Made by a program: the position numbers and the translations under genes. Below, piece by piece: positions 38,758 through 47,967 of a DNA stretch of 64,000 nucleotides. Location: NCBI GenBank assembly GCA_937927735.1, contig CALBRZ010000083.1, forward strand, positions 544 to 64,543, read 5' to 3'. Position 1 is the first letter of the stretch. Every line of letters starts with the position of its first letter. This DNA is from an uncultured Planctomycetales bacterium (GTDB lineage: Bacteria; Planctomycetota; Planctomycetia; Pirellulales; S012-138). Below the pieces are notes generated by a model. It was not told where the DNA came from. It saw only the letters and a list, made by a program, of their open reading frames with translations, and searched no databases.

Positions 38758-39913
38758 CCGTCGGATCCAGCGGCATCAAACCCGGTGCGTACTGGGCACC
38801 GGCATTGACCTGCGGCATCGCAGCCGCCGCACCCGCCGTCGGCGGCAAGGCCTCGGTGCCGACGCCCGCCCGATAGGCCGGCTGAGCCTGACCCGGATAC
38901 TGCGGATTAGGCCGAGACCGGAACTGCGGATACGCTTGGTTTCGTCCGCCATTGGTCGCCGGCGGCAGCTGCATCGCACCGGCCGGCATCACGTTGCCTT
39001 GAGCGGCGTTCTCAGCCGGGGCCATGTAATAGGCCTGCGAGGCATCGGTCTGCGGCGCGACCATCGCACCTTGCGGCACGACCATCTGGTAGTCGGCCTG
39101 CGTTGCATAGCCACCATACGTGCCAGCGGCAGGCTGCACCGGTTGCGGCGTCGACGTCCGCCAGGTCGGCATGTTGCCCGCGTTGAACCGCTGCGGCAAA
39201 TCGATGGTCGAGGTCTTCATCCGCGGCCGGTTAGCCGGCTGCAAATCCAGCTGCTGGCCGGGGTAGGCTTTGAGCGGTTCGTCGTACGAAACCAGTTGGC
39301 CTTCCCGGTTCTCGCCCTTTTCGCCGTTTTCCGGCTTCTTGGCGAGTAGTTCTTCGTCGGTGGCTTCCGGCTTGTAGCGGTACTTCATCTTCTCGGCCAG
39401 CGTGGCTTCACGCCCCGGCAGCGTGTGGTGCGTGATTTCGCTGACGATGGTGGTGCCACCGGTCAGCGGCGTGAACCGGGCCACCAGCGAGATCTCCAGC
39501 TCGGGGCCGCCCGCCTCGTCCCACGGCAGCCAGAAGCTGTACGAGTGGCCCAGCGGCTTCTTGGGGCTGTAGTGCTTCTCGAACTGCTCCGGCGTGAAGA
39601 CGTACTTGCGGTCGGGCCGCGTGTCGGTCTTCTTGCGGCCGTCTTCGACAAACGCATACACTTCCAGCCGGCCCTTGGCTTTGATGGGCTTCTCACCGCC
39701 GGCGTAGATGAACACTCGGCCGCCGAAACCGCGGATCGGCGGTTTCTCAGGCTGGTGCAACACCGTATCTTGCCACACGGCGACGATCCGCAGGTTGCCG
39801 CTGAACTCCCCGTCCTTGCCGGCACCCCAGGGGATGTTCTTGCTCATATCAAACTTGGCACAGCCGCTGCCCAGCATCAGCAGCGCCAAGCTCAGGTGTA
39901 ACGCCGTACGCAT
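38555..39913 (-). CDS. lipoprotein with a Pro/Gln/Ala-rich C-terminal half, immediately downstream of the secretin
   Basis: Start re-called at MRTALHLSLALLMLGSGC (lipobox). Structured N-terminal ~190 aa, then low complexity. The 3' end overlaps the BON gene by 203 nt. Confidence 0.7.
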   Translation of the reverse strand: MRTALHLSLALLMLGSGCAKFDMSKNIPWGAGKDGEFSGNLRIVAVWQDTVLHQPEKPPIRGFGGRVFIYAGGEKPIKAKGRLEVYAFVEDGRKKTDTRPDRKYVFTPEQFEKHYSPKKPLGHSYSFWLPWDEAGGPELEISLVARFTPLTGGTTIVSEITHHTLPGREATLAEKMKYRYKPEATDEELLAKKPENGEKGENREGQLVSYDEPLKAYPGQQLDLQPANRPRMKTSTIDLPQRFNAGNMPTWRTSTPQPVQPAAGTYGGYATQADYQMVVPQGAMVAPQTDASQAYYMAPAENAAQGNVMPAGAMQLPPATNGGRNQAYPQFRSRPNPQYPGQAQPAYRAGVGTEALPPTAGAAAAMPQVNAGAQYAPGLMPLDPTATVAGQAQQPPVGYRPAQSRVLGAPIAPLERVHGPWLPDHVKWQYGLEPPPQRNFVTGPASRAATGS

Positions 39914-39987
39914 CGCAGAATCCTTTCTGGCCGTGGTGCGGGTCATCGACGGGGAAGAAGCAGAGCCAAGCAAACTACGACTGACGA

Positions 39988-42900
39988 TCATCGACTGCGT
40001 TGCGGTGTCTCGGTGGCGTTGCGCTTCCAGGGCAACTTGCTCCACCGGGACGGTTCCGCCTGCGGTTGCAGCTGGGCGTACTCAGCACGCTCCGAGGGGC
40101 TGATCAACCGCACCTCCTGAGCAGGCACGGCCGTCTGTCCGGGGCCGGCGCTCACCGGCTGCTGCCAGGCGGCGGGCTGCACGTGCTGGCTGCCCGGTGC
40201 CATGGCGCTGTCGCTCGGTGGCACCAGCTTCAGCGAGTTACCGTCGTCATTGCCTGGGGGACTTGCCCCTTGGCCCGCTCCTCCCGAACGTTGCCCCGGC
40301 GGCGACGGTGCGGGCGGCACCGTCTGTTGCCGTTGCTGCGGTGTCGTCAGCGGCGGCACATTCCGCGGCTGCTGCGACGAGGGCATCGGCGTGGGCAGCA
40401 GTTCCTCCATGTCGGCCGGCTGCGGCTGCAGGTCCGGATCGCCCAGGTTCAGCTTGCCGTCCGGGTTGACGTGCGGATAGATCACCGGGATGCCGGCGTC
40501 TTCCCAGGCGTCGCCGCGACCGCGGAGGCCCGAATCACCGTGCACATCGCGGACATCGGAGAGCACCCAGTGCATCCGGGCCGACTCGATCTGCTTGATC
40601 ATTTCCATGTCCTCCTCGGTGCGGACGACACGCGGCGTCATGATGATCAGCAGTTCGGTGCGCTGTTCCACGTTGGCGTCGTAGCGGAACAGGTGCCCCA
40701 ACACCGGGATCGAGGCCAGCAGCGGCACCCGGCGGTGGGTTTGAGCCCGGGTCTTGGTGATCAGACCGCCCAGCACGATGGTTTGGCCGCTCAAGGCGCT
40801 GACCGTCGATTGGGCCAGCGTGGTGTTGATGCGCGGCGAGCGAATCACGTCGCCGGTGGGCAGCACCGAGACGGGGATACCCTCGGACTCGGGACCGACT
40901 TCGGACTTTTCAACGTCGATTTCCATCACCACCAGGCCATCGGGGCTGATACGCGGCGTGACGCCGAGGATCAAACCGACGTTCTGCTGGGCACCAAGCT
41001 GGTTGGTCTGGATACCGGTCGCCTGGTCAAACGTGGTCGCGGTGATGAGCTGCACCCGCTGGCCCACCTGGATGAAGGCCGGCTGGTTGTCCAAGGTCAT
41101 CACTTGCGGCCGGGCCAGCACGTCCAACCGGCGGCACTCTTGCAGAGCCCGGATCAGGATGCTGATGCTCTCGCTGCTGGCCGACAGCACCAGACCGCCG
41201 TAGCCCAGTTGGCTGTTCACGCGGCCCACCGAAAAGCTGCTCAGCGCCTGGCCGGCCAGCTTGCCCGACGTGGCCCGCGACAAGTCGCTGCCGCTGTTCC
41301 CCAACGGCTGGTTGTTGAACAGGAAGCCAGGCGTGAGGCTGGCACCCTGGATGATCTGGTTGGTGGTGGTCACCACCGTGTTGCCTTGGGGCGTCTGCGT
41401 GCTGTTGGTGGTCGTGATCAGGTCGCCCAGCAGGCTGCGGTCGAACAGGATGGAGTCCTGCAGGCCGAGCTCCACGCCGAACTCGTCGGTGTTGTTCAAC
41501 TGCACTTCGGCGATGAGTACCTGGATCATCACCATCGGGGGCCGGCGGTCCAGCTCGTCGATGATGCGGCGAATCTCGCCGAAGTATCGCGGCGTGGCGG
41601 TTACGATCAGGCTGTTGGTCACCGGCTCGCCGACGACCACCACTTCTTCCTGGATCTGCTGGAACGCACTGCGGACGCCCTGCTCCTGCACGGCCCGCTC
41701 GGCCTGCAGCAACTGGTTGATGCTGTTGGCCACGTCGAGCGCCGGAGCGTTCTTCAGGCGGTATACCTGCGTTTCGCGCTCGCGGACGTCGCTTTCATCG
41801 AGCCGCAGCAAGATGGCTTCGACGATCGTCAGGTCGGCGGCACTACCGGTTGCCAGAATCGAGTTGGTACGGGTATCGACGGCAAACCGCAGCGGCACGA
41901 TCGAGCCGTCGGACTGCACCGAGGCCGCCTGTTGCACGCCGAACTGGCCGCCGGTTGAAGTGGCATTGAACAGCGTGCTGAGCATGTTCACCAGGCTTTC
42001 GGCATCGCCGTTGACGATGGTGAACACCTTGATCTGCGCGGTAGCGCCGGGAATGTTGTCCAGTTGCTCGATCAGGGCTTCGATCAGCGGCATGCTGTCG
42101 GCCGGAGCCCGTACGATCAGCGAGTTCGCCCGGGCGTCGGCGGTCACTTGCACGTCGGTGAGGATGCCGGACCGGAGGATGGTGCGGTCGCGGGCGTCGA
42201 GCGTCATCAGCCGCAGCACGGCCGAACGCTGGACGGCTTGCTGGCCTTGCACCCCCTGCTGCTGCTGCACACCCGGCAACTGCGGTCCGATCTGCTGCTG
42301 ACCCGGAGCCGCCGTGCCGGTGATGGCCGCTTGCAGAACGGCAGCCAGGTCCTCGGCCAGGGCGTTCCGCAACTGGAACACCTTGAGCGACAGTTCCGAG
42401 GGCGAGCTATCGATGTCGATCCGCGACAACAGGTGCGCGATCTCGGCCAGGTCGCGAGGGCTGGCCCGCACGATCAGCGCGTTGGTGCGGTAATCGGCAA
42501 TCACGTTCACCCGCGGGAACAAGCCCGGCAGGTTCTGCTGCTGTTGCCCTTGCTGCTGCGTGCCCGGCCCCGCCGTGGCGCCGTAGAACTGCTGCAAGGT
42601 GGCCGCGGCAGCCTGGGCCGAAGCGTACTTTAGGCGGAACACTTCAAATTGCGACTCGGGGCCCGAGGGCGTATCCAGCCGGCGGATCAGATCCATGGCG
42701 GCTTCCACGCTGGCCGGCGGACCGATCAGCAGCAACGCGTTGGGGTCGACCAGCGGCGTGATGCTCACGCGGCCTTTTCGCCCGGCGTAAACCGAGTCGT
42801 ACAACTGGCGGACGATGGTGGCCAGCGCTTCACCGTTGACGTATTCCAGCGGATGGATACGGATCTCCGGCTCGGTCTCCTGGCTCCGTTCTTCAATCTG

Positions 42901-44499
42901 CTCGATGATGCGGATCAACCGGTCCACGTCTTCCTTGGGACCGCGGAGGATGATCACGCCCAGGTCTTCGAGCACTTCAATCTGCACGGGGCCGACCAGC
43001 CCTTCGGTATCGGTCGGGATGGTCACCTGACCTTGCGCTGGAGCCTGACCGGTTTGTGTCTGACCGGGCAAGGCCTGCCCGGCAGCGGCACCGGCTCCTG
43101 CCGCCGCACCGCCCTGGGGCTGTGCGGGCACCTGTTGTGCCGGTTGCGGCTGATTGTTCTGGGGCTGCTGCTCGCTCGGCGGCTGGAACAGTTGAGCCAC
43201 CAGGTGCGGCGAACGAGTGGCCTGGGCCCGTACGGTTTGACCGCGCTCACGCAGACCACGCAGCCGGGCCTCCTCCAACAGCGAGGCTACTTGATGGACC
43301 TTGCCCGGGGCTGCGGCACCCAGCGGCATCACTTCGATCTTGCGAGCAGCTTGCGGAGCCTGCGGGGCCTCGAGGATGGCCAGCAACCGAGCGCACCGCT
43401 CGGCGGCCGCCGGCGGACCGTGGATCACCACCTGGCCGGTCAGCATATCGAACTCGATCCGCAGCCGCTCCTGGGCCGAGAGGTCGAGCGTATAAACCAC
43501 GACGTCGCGGTTGGTGTTGGCGGCCGCCATGAGCTTGGGGCCGTACAGCCGCTTGAGAGCCTTCTGCACTTCGACCGACGACGTGCGCAGTTGCATGATC
43601 TGGCCCGTGCCGGCCGTGGTCGTCAGCAGGCCGAAGTTAGCACCGCGCGGCGTGGCAGGTGCCGGGCCAAGTTGCTGTGTCTGTTCGCCAGCGGCGGCTT
43701 GCATCGGCTGAGCCGGTTTGCCTTCGACGGCACCGATGAACTTGGCGATCTCGGTCTGCATCGCCGCCGGCGCGACGACCAGCAGTTGTTCGTTGCGGGC
43801 ATCGGTGGCCACGCGGGCACCATACGGTCCAAAGCGATCGCGGATCGCCTGGCTCATCGGCTCCAGTTGCGCGGCGGCAGCCGGGTAGGTCTGGAGCGTG
43901 GGCGGACCAAGCTGGGCCTCGGCTTCGCGATCGATCGACTGCACCACTTCGGCGGCCAGCCGCTGCACGTCGTCGCCGCCCTGCACGATGACGACGTTTT
44001 GCGTGGGATCGATCGCCACGTCGCCCCGCAGCGATGCACTGTTCAACCAGTGGACCACGGCCGGTTGAACATCTTGCGCCCGGGCAAACTTAAGCGAATA
44101 CACACGTGCTTGAGACACCCCGGCGTTTTGCTGGGGCATCGCGGCCGTATTCCCCAATGGTACACCGCCAGCCTGGGCGACATTACCCGCGGGAGCGGTC
44201 GCCGTGGGAGTTACGTGCGCGGCAGGCATGACAGCATTGCCTGCAGGCATCCCCATGCCCGGCGCCATGTGCTGGCCCTGCGGCGCCGATCCCGGCCCAA
44301 GTGGCATGGGCGGCATCGACGGCGCGAACGGATGGGGAGCAGGTAATTGGCCGCCAGGATGTGGGCCAACCGGGACGAAGCCTTGCTGTGCTTGTCCGGC
44401 CGGAAACGGTTCCGCGGCCAGCGATGTCGCTACCAGCGACAACAGCGCGGCGCATCCGCAGAGCGCGCGCTTCGTGGGTCCAAATGTTGGCACGTGCAT
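39988..44499 (-). CDS. giant secretin (GspD/PilQ family outer-membrane channel)
   Basis: Signal peptide after MHVPTFGPTKRALCGCAALLSLVATSLAAEP. At least 6 secretin-N-like modules (for example EVFRLKYASAQAAAATLQQF, KVFTIVNGDAESLVNMLSTLF, QVYRLKNAPALDVANSINQLL). Canonical secretin C-domain: LARPQVMTLDNQPAFIQVGQ...GLILGVTPRISPDGLVVMEI...VPLLASIPVLGHLFR...ELLIIMTPRVV. Confidence 0.9.
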   Translation of the reverse strand: MHVPTFGPTKRALCGCAALLSLVATSLAAEPFPAGQAQQGFVPVGPHPGGQLPAPHPFAPSMPPMPLGPGSAPQGQHMAPGMGMPAGNAVMPAAHVTPTATAPAGNVAQAGGVPLGNTAAMPQQNAGVSQARVYSLKFARAQDVQPAVVHWLNSASLRGDVAIDPTQNVVIVQGGDDVQRLAAEVVQSIDREAEAQLGPPTLQTYPAAAAQLEPMSQAIRDRFGPYGARVATDARNEQLLVVAPAAMQTEIAKFIGAVEGKPAQPMQAAAGEQTQQLGPAPATPRGANFGLLTTTAGTGQIMQLRTSSVEVQKALKRLYGPKLMAAANTNRDVVVYTLDLSAQERLRIEFDMLTGQVVIHGPPAAAERCARLLAILEAPQAPQAARKIEVMPLGAAAPGKVHQVASLLEEARLRGLRERGQTVRAQATRSPHLVAQLFQPPSEQQPQNNQPQPAQQVPAQPQGGAAAGAGAAAGQALPGQTQTGQAPAQGQVTIPTDTEGLVGPVQIEVLEDLGVIILRGPKEDVDRLIRIIEQIEERSQETEPEIRIHPLEYVNGEALATIVRQLYDSVYAGRKGRVSITPLVDPNALLLIGPPASVEAAMDLIRRLDTPSGPESQFEVFRLKYASAQAAAATLQQFYGATAGPGTQQQGQQQQNLPGLFPRVNVIADYRTNALIVRASPRDLAEIAHLLSRIDIDSSPSELSLKVFQLRNALAEDLAAVLQAAITGTAAPGQQQIGPQLPGVQQQQGVQGQQAVQRSAVLRLMTLDARDRTILRSGILTDVQVTADARANSLIVRAPADSMPLIEALIEQLDNIPGATAQIKVFTIVNGDAESLVNMLSTLFNATSTGGQFGVQQAASVQSDGSIVPLRFAVDTRTNSILATGSAADLTIVEAILLRLDESDVRERETQVYRLKNAPALDVANSINQLLQAERAVQEQGVRSAFQQIQEEVVVVGEPVTNSLIVTATPRYFGEIRRIIDELDRRPPMVMIQVLIAEVQLNNTDEFGVELGLQDSILFDRSLLGDLITTTNSTQTPQGNTVVTTTNQIIQGASLTPGFLFNNQPLGNSGSDLSRATSGKLAGQALSSFSVGRVNSQLGYGGLVLSASSESISILIRALQECRRLDVLARPQVMTLDNQPAFIQVGQRVQLITATTFDQATGIQTNQLGAQQNVGLILGVTPRISPDGLVVMEIDVEKSEVGPESEGIPVSVLPTGDVIRSPRINTTLAQSTVSALSGQTIVLGGLITKTRAQTHRRVPLLASIPVLGHLFRYDANVEQRTELLIIMTPRVVRTEEDMEMIKQIESARMHWVLSDVRDVHGDSGLRGRGDAWEDAGIPVIYPHVNPDGKLNLGDPDLQPQPADMEELLPTPMPSSQQPRNVPPLTTPQQRQQTVPPAPSPPGQRSGGAGQGASPPGNDDGNSLKLVPPSDSAMAPGSQHVQPAAWQQPVSAGPGQTAVPAQEVRLISPSERAEYAQLQPQAEPSRWSKLPWKRNATETPQRSR

Positions 44500-44983
44500 T
44501 CGTGATAACTCATGCCTCAGGGCGCCCCCCCTGGAACTGAGTTTACGGACCATGCGGCGCAGCGGCCGCAAAATCCGCGTAGTTCATCAATTCGGCATGT
44601 TGAAACCGTGGCTAGAGAAAAGCCTTGCGGATTTTGCAAACTTTGACGGCACCCGATAGCAGCAAGCGGCCGCTATCAGCGCCAGCTTTTGCCCGGTGGA
44701 GACGCAACGAACCTCGGCTCGCCAGTTCCCGAGGACGTGGGGAGCACGTTGGGCTGAAAAGATTGCAGACGCCAGGTCATGCCAGCACAGTGGCTGAGCA
44801 ACGATCGTTTGCAGCAGCACGACCAGAATTCGCCCAGGATGAGGCAGTTTTCGCCCCGACTGGGTTTGCCTCGCGGCGGCCGTTGGCATATCGTTTGCCG
44901 CTCTTTATGCACTTCGCCCGCATCGCCGCCGCCATTGCTCCTGCTATCGCCGGCATGCGTTCAACACATGCAAGGGGTCACTG

Positions 44984-45160
44984 ATGAAACGGATTCTGCC
45001 CTTGGGCCTGTGCGCGGCACTCTTGATTGCGCTAGGCTGCCATCATCGCCCGGTCTGCCCACCGCAGTACTGGACGCCCTCGCCTGCCTGCGCGGTTCCG
45101 TCGTGCCCGCCGGGCTGCGCTCCGGTGGTGCAGAGTGCCCCGGTAACGTACGGTCCCTAA
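44984..45160 (+). CDS. 58-aa Cys/Pro-rich lipoprotein (below the ORF-track length cutoff)
   Basis: My own translation: MKRILPLGLCAALLIALGCHHRPVCPPQYWTPSPACAVPSCPPGCAPVVQSAPVTYGP*. Lipobox LIALGC. AAGGGG lies 7 nt upstream of the ATG. Confidence 0.45.
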   Translation: MKRILPLGLCAALLIALGCHHRPVCPPQYWTPSPACAVPSCPPGCAPVVQSAPVTYGP

Positions 45161-45315
45161 TGGCGATTTTGCTCGGGTGAATGAACCTGCCCCGCCATCG
45201 CGGCCCGGCCGCCTGGCTCGTTCCCAAGATTTCGCCGCTACGCTACACTGCGCCGCGCGTGCTTGCTTTATCCAGCGACACCGTCGCAGCGCTCATAGGA
45301 TGGGGGGAACGAGCA

Positions 45316-47385
45316 ATGGCCAAACGACAACAAGTGTGGCTTGGGAGGGCTATCGCCGCGTGGCTGTTCGTCGGTTGCCTGATGCCGGCGCCAACCCGCG
45401 CCGACGAAGGCATGTGGCTGTTCAACGAGCTGCCACGCGAGTACTTGAGGGAGAAGTACGGCTTCGAGCCGACCGACGCCTGGATCGAGCACCTGATGAA
45501 GGCGTGCGTGCGGTTCAACTCGGGCGGCTCGGCCTCGTTCGTTTCCGCCGATGGTCTGGTGCTGACCAATCATCACGTCGGCGCCGACACACTGCATAAG
45601 CTGTCCACGGCCGAACGGAACCTGTACACCGACGGTTTCTACGCCAAGACGCTCAGCGACGAGATCCCCGCGCCCGACCTGGAACTGAATCAGCTCGTTT
45701 CGATCGAGGATGTGACCGAGCAGGTCAACCAGGCGGTTACCGAGGGGATGTCGCCGGCCGAGGCGGCGCAGGCTCGGCGGGCGGCGATGGCCAAGATCGA
45801 GCAGCAGTCACTCAAGCAGACGGGCCTGCGAAGCGACGTCGTTACGCTCTATGGCGGCGCGAAATATCATCTCTATCGCTATAAACGCTACACCGACGTG
45901 CGGCTGGTCTGGTCGCCGGAGGAAGCCATCGCCTTCTTTGGCGGCGATGCCGACAACTTTGAGTATCCGCGTTACTGCCTGGATGTATGCCTGTTTCGCG
46001 TTTATGAAAACGGGAAACCCGCCAAGATTGAGCACTATCTGAAACTTTCAGACGGCAAGCTCAAGGAGGAAGAACTGGTCTTCGTGGCCGGCAACCCCGG
46101 CAGCACCAATCGTATCTATACGGTCGCGGCTCTTACGCATTTGCGCGATACCTGGCTGCCGTACTACATGGATTACCTGCGGCGACAGGAGATCCTGCTG
46201 CAACAGTTCGGTCTGGAAGGCGTCGAACAAGAGCGGCGCGCGGCGGAAGAGTTGAACTCAATTCAGAACGCCCGCAAATCCCTGTGGGGGTCGCTGAGCG
46301 GCTTGCAGGATCCGGCCTTCTTCCGCACCAAGCGACAGCGCGAAGCCGAACTCCGGGCAGCCATTGCCAGGCATCCCAAGCTGAAGGCGTACGAATCCGC
46401 CTTCGACGACATCGCCGCGGCCCAAAAGCGCAAGGCTCAGATCCAAGGTCAGGCTCCGGCGCTTGCCGGCCGGCTGTTTGAGATTGCCGAGACGCTCGTG
46501 CAAATGGCCGCCGAGGATACCAAGCCCAGCGATGAGCGGCTCCGTGAGTATCGCGACTCCAACCGCGAGTCGCTGCTGCAAGATTTGTACTCCACGGCGC
46601 CTATCTACGCCGACTTGGAGCAGGTGAAGCTGGCCGACTCCATCGCCCGCATGGCTGAACGCCTGGGCGGTGATCACCCGCTGGTGCGCAAGGTACTTTC
46701 AGGTAAGAGCCCGAAAGATCGCGCGGCGGCCCTGATCGCCGGTACCAGGCTGTTCGACGTGGAGGAACGCAAGAAGCTGGCCGAGCAAGGTCTGGCCGGG
46801 ATTGAAGCCAGTAATGACCCCATGATTGTTCTGGCCCGGCTGGTGGACCCACGCACGCGAGAAATCCGCAAAGAAGCCGAGGAAATCGCTGAGATTGAGC
46901 GGCAAGCCTACGCCAAGATCGCGCAGGCGTTGTTCGAGCTGAGCGGCACGGCGCTCTATCCCGATGCCACGTTCACTTTGCGGCTGGCGTTTGGCCCGAT
47001 CCGCGGCTATCAGGAGGGAGGGCAAACCATCCCGGCCTGGACCACGATCGGGGGCGCGTTTGAATCGCAGCAGCGGCATGGCGGCCGCGAACCCTGGAGG
47101 CTGCCGGAAAGCTGGATGAAGAACCGCGATCGACTCAACCTGCAAACGCCCTTCAATTTTGTCTGCACGGCCGACATCATCGGGGGGAACTCGGGCAGCC
47201 CCGTGGTGAACCGGGCCGGTGAACTGGTGGGCGTGATCTTCGACGGCAACATCCAATCGCTCACCGCCAACTACATGTACAGCGATGAGCAGGCCAGGGC
47301 CGTTTCGGTGGCCATCGCCGCCATGATCGAGGCTCTGGACAAGATCTACGGGGCCGAGCGGGTTTTGAAGGAACTGGGGCGCTGA
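45316..47385 (+). CDS. peptidase S46 family dipeptidyl-peptidase (DPP7/DPP11-like)
   Basis: Start re-called at MAKRQQVWLGRAIAAWLFVGCLMPAPTRADEGMW. S46 N-terminus DEGMWLFNELP, catalytic-His context LVLTNHHVG, and Ser context IIGGNSGSPVVN. Confidence 0.9.
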   Translation: MAKRQQVWLGRAIAAWLFVGCLMPAPTRADEGMWLFNELPREYLREKYGFEPTDAWIEHLMKACVRFNSGGSASFVSADGLVLTNHHVGADTLHKLSTAERNLYTDGFYAKTLSDEIPAPDLELNQLVSIEDVTEQVNQAVTEGMSPAEAAQARRAAMAKIEQQSLKQTGLRSDVVTLYGGAKYHLYRYKRYTDVRLVWSPEEAIAFFGGDADNFEYPRYCLDVCLFRVYENGKPAKIEHYLKLSDGKLKEEELVFVAGNPGSTNRIYTVAALTHLRDTWLPYYMDYLRRQEILLQQFGLEGVEQERRAAEELNSIQNARKSLWGSLSGLQDPAFFRTKRQREAELRAAIARHPKLKAYESAFDDIAAAQKRKAQIQGQAPALAGRLFEIAETLVQMAAEDTKPSDERLREYRDSNRESLLQDLYSTAPIYADLEQVKLADSIARMAERLGGDHPLVRKVLSGKSPKDRAAALIAGTRLFDVEERKKLAEQGLAGIEASNDPMIVLARLVDPRTREIRKEAEEIAEIERQAYAKIAQALFELSGTALYPDATFTLRLAFGPIRGYQEGGQTIPAWTTIGGAFESQQRHGGREPWRLPESWMKNRDRLNLQTPFNFVCTADIIGGNSGSPVVNRAGELVGVIFDGNIQSLTANYMYSDEQARAVSVAIAAMIEALDKIYGAERVLKELGR

Positions 47386-47417
47386 AGTAGCCAGCATCAG
47401 GATTGTTAACCCAGCAC

Positions 47418-47461
47418 CGCCTGCCGTGGACGTACCTGGTCCGCGGCAGGCGTTTCTTGTT
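47418..47461 (+). terminator. rho-independent terminator after the S46 peptidase gene
   Basis: CGCCTGCCG (47418-47426) pairs with CGGCAGGCG (47444-47452), followed by TTTCTTGTT. Confidence 0.6.
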
Positions 47462-47967
47462 GCGCGCGGCCTGGCCGGCGGGGAGTGCCGTAAGGCATCG
47501 GGCTGGGCCGCGAAGGTGTCCATTAGAGCTCGCAGCCGTCAAAGTCACCCCAAACGGCAGCATTGATATCAGCGTCAATCCGGGTGGTAACCGCTAGCAT
47601 CTATATAGGTTGTGGGTTCGTCATAATCAGAAGGAACGTTATGATTGCTATCAATTTCGTCATCAAAGAAGGAATTGCCTGCTAGCATGAAAAAGTTCTC
47701 AAGCTATTTGGCGTGATCGCTCGCGCGGCAACTTGCATTCAGATTGAAAAGATTCAAGAATGACATGCAGCTCTAGGTTGCCAGAGAAGGAGCCAAATCC
47801 CACACTTCTTTGGCGTTGAAAGCTATTGAGATCCTTGAATCACCCTCACCGCTTCGCGGACGCAGTGGCCGGGAAGGCATGAACGCGAGGCGGTGCCCAA
47901 GCTCAAGTAGAATGCAGGCCGGTTCGGCGCAGGAAGGCCGGAGTCGAAGGCCCAGGAGCTCCGAGCG

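Noticed and set aside
40000-44346. Long plus-strand ORFs (40000-41958, 41261-42301, 42649-44346) opposite the secretin gene
   Set aside because: These are typical GC-rich shadow ORFs (Arg/Gly/Ala/His-rich, no motifs). The minus-strand frame carries an unmistakable secretin C-domain and N-domain repeats.
47575-47688. 37-codon acidic ORF (MLAGNSFFDDEIDSNHNVPSDYDEPTTYIDASGYHPD) in the AT-rich island
   Set aside because: It has no SD, and its codon usage is atypical for this genome. It could be chance in AT-rich DNA. It is mentioned only within the island finding.
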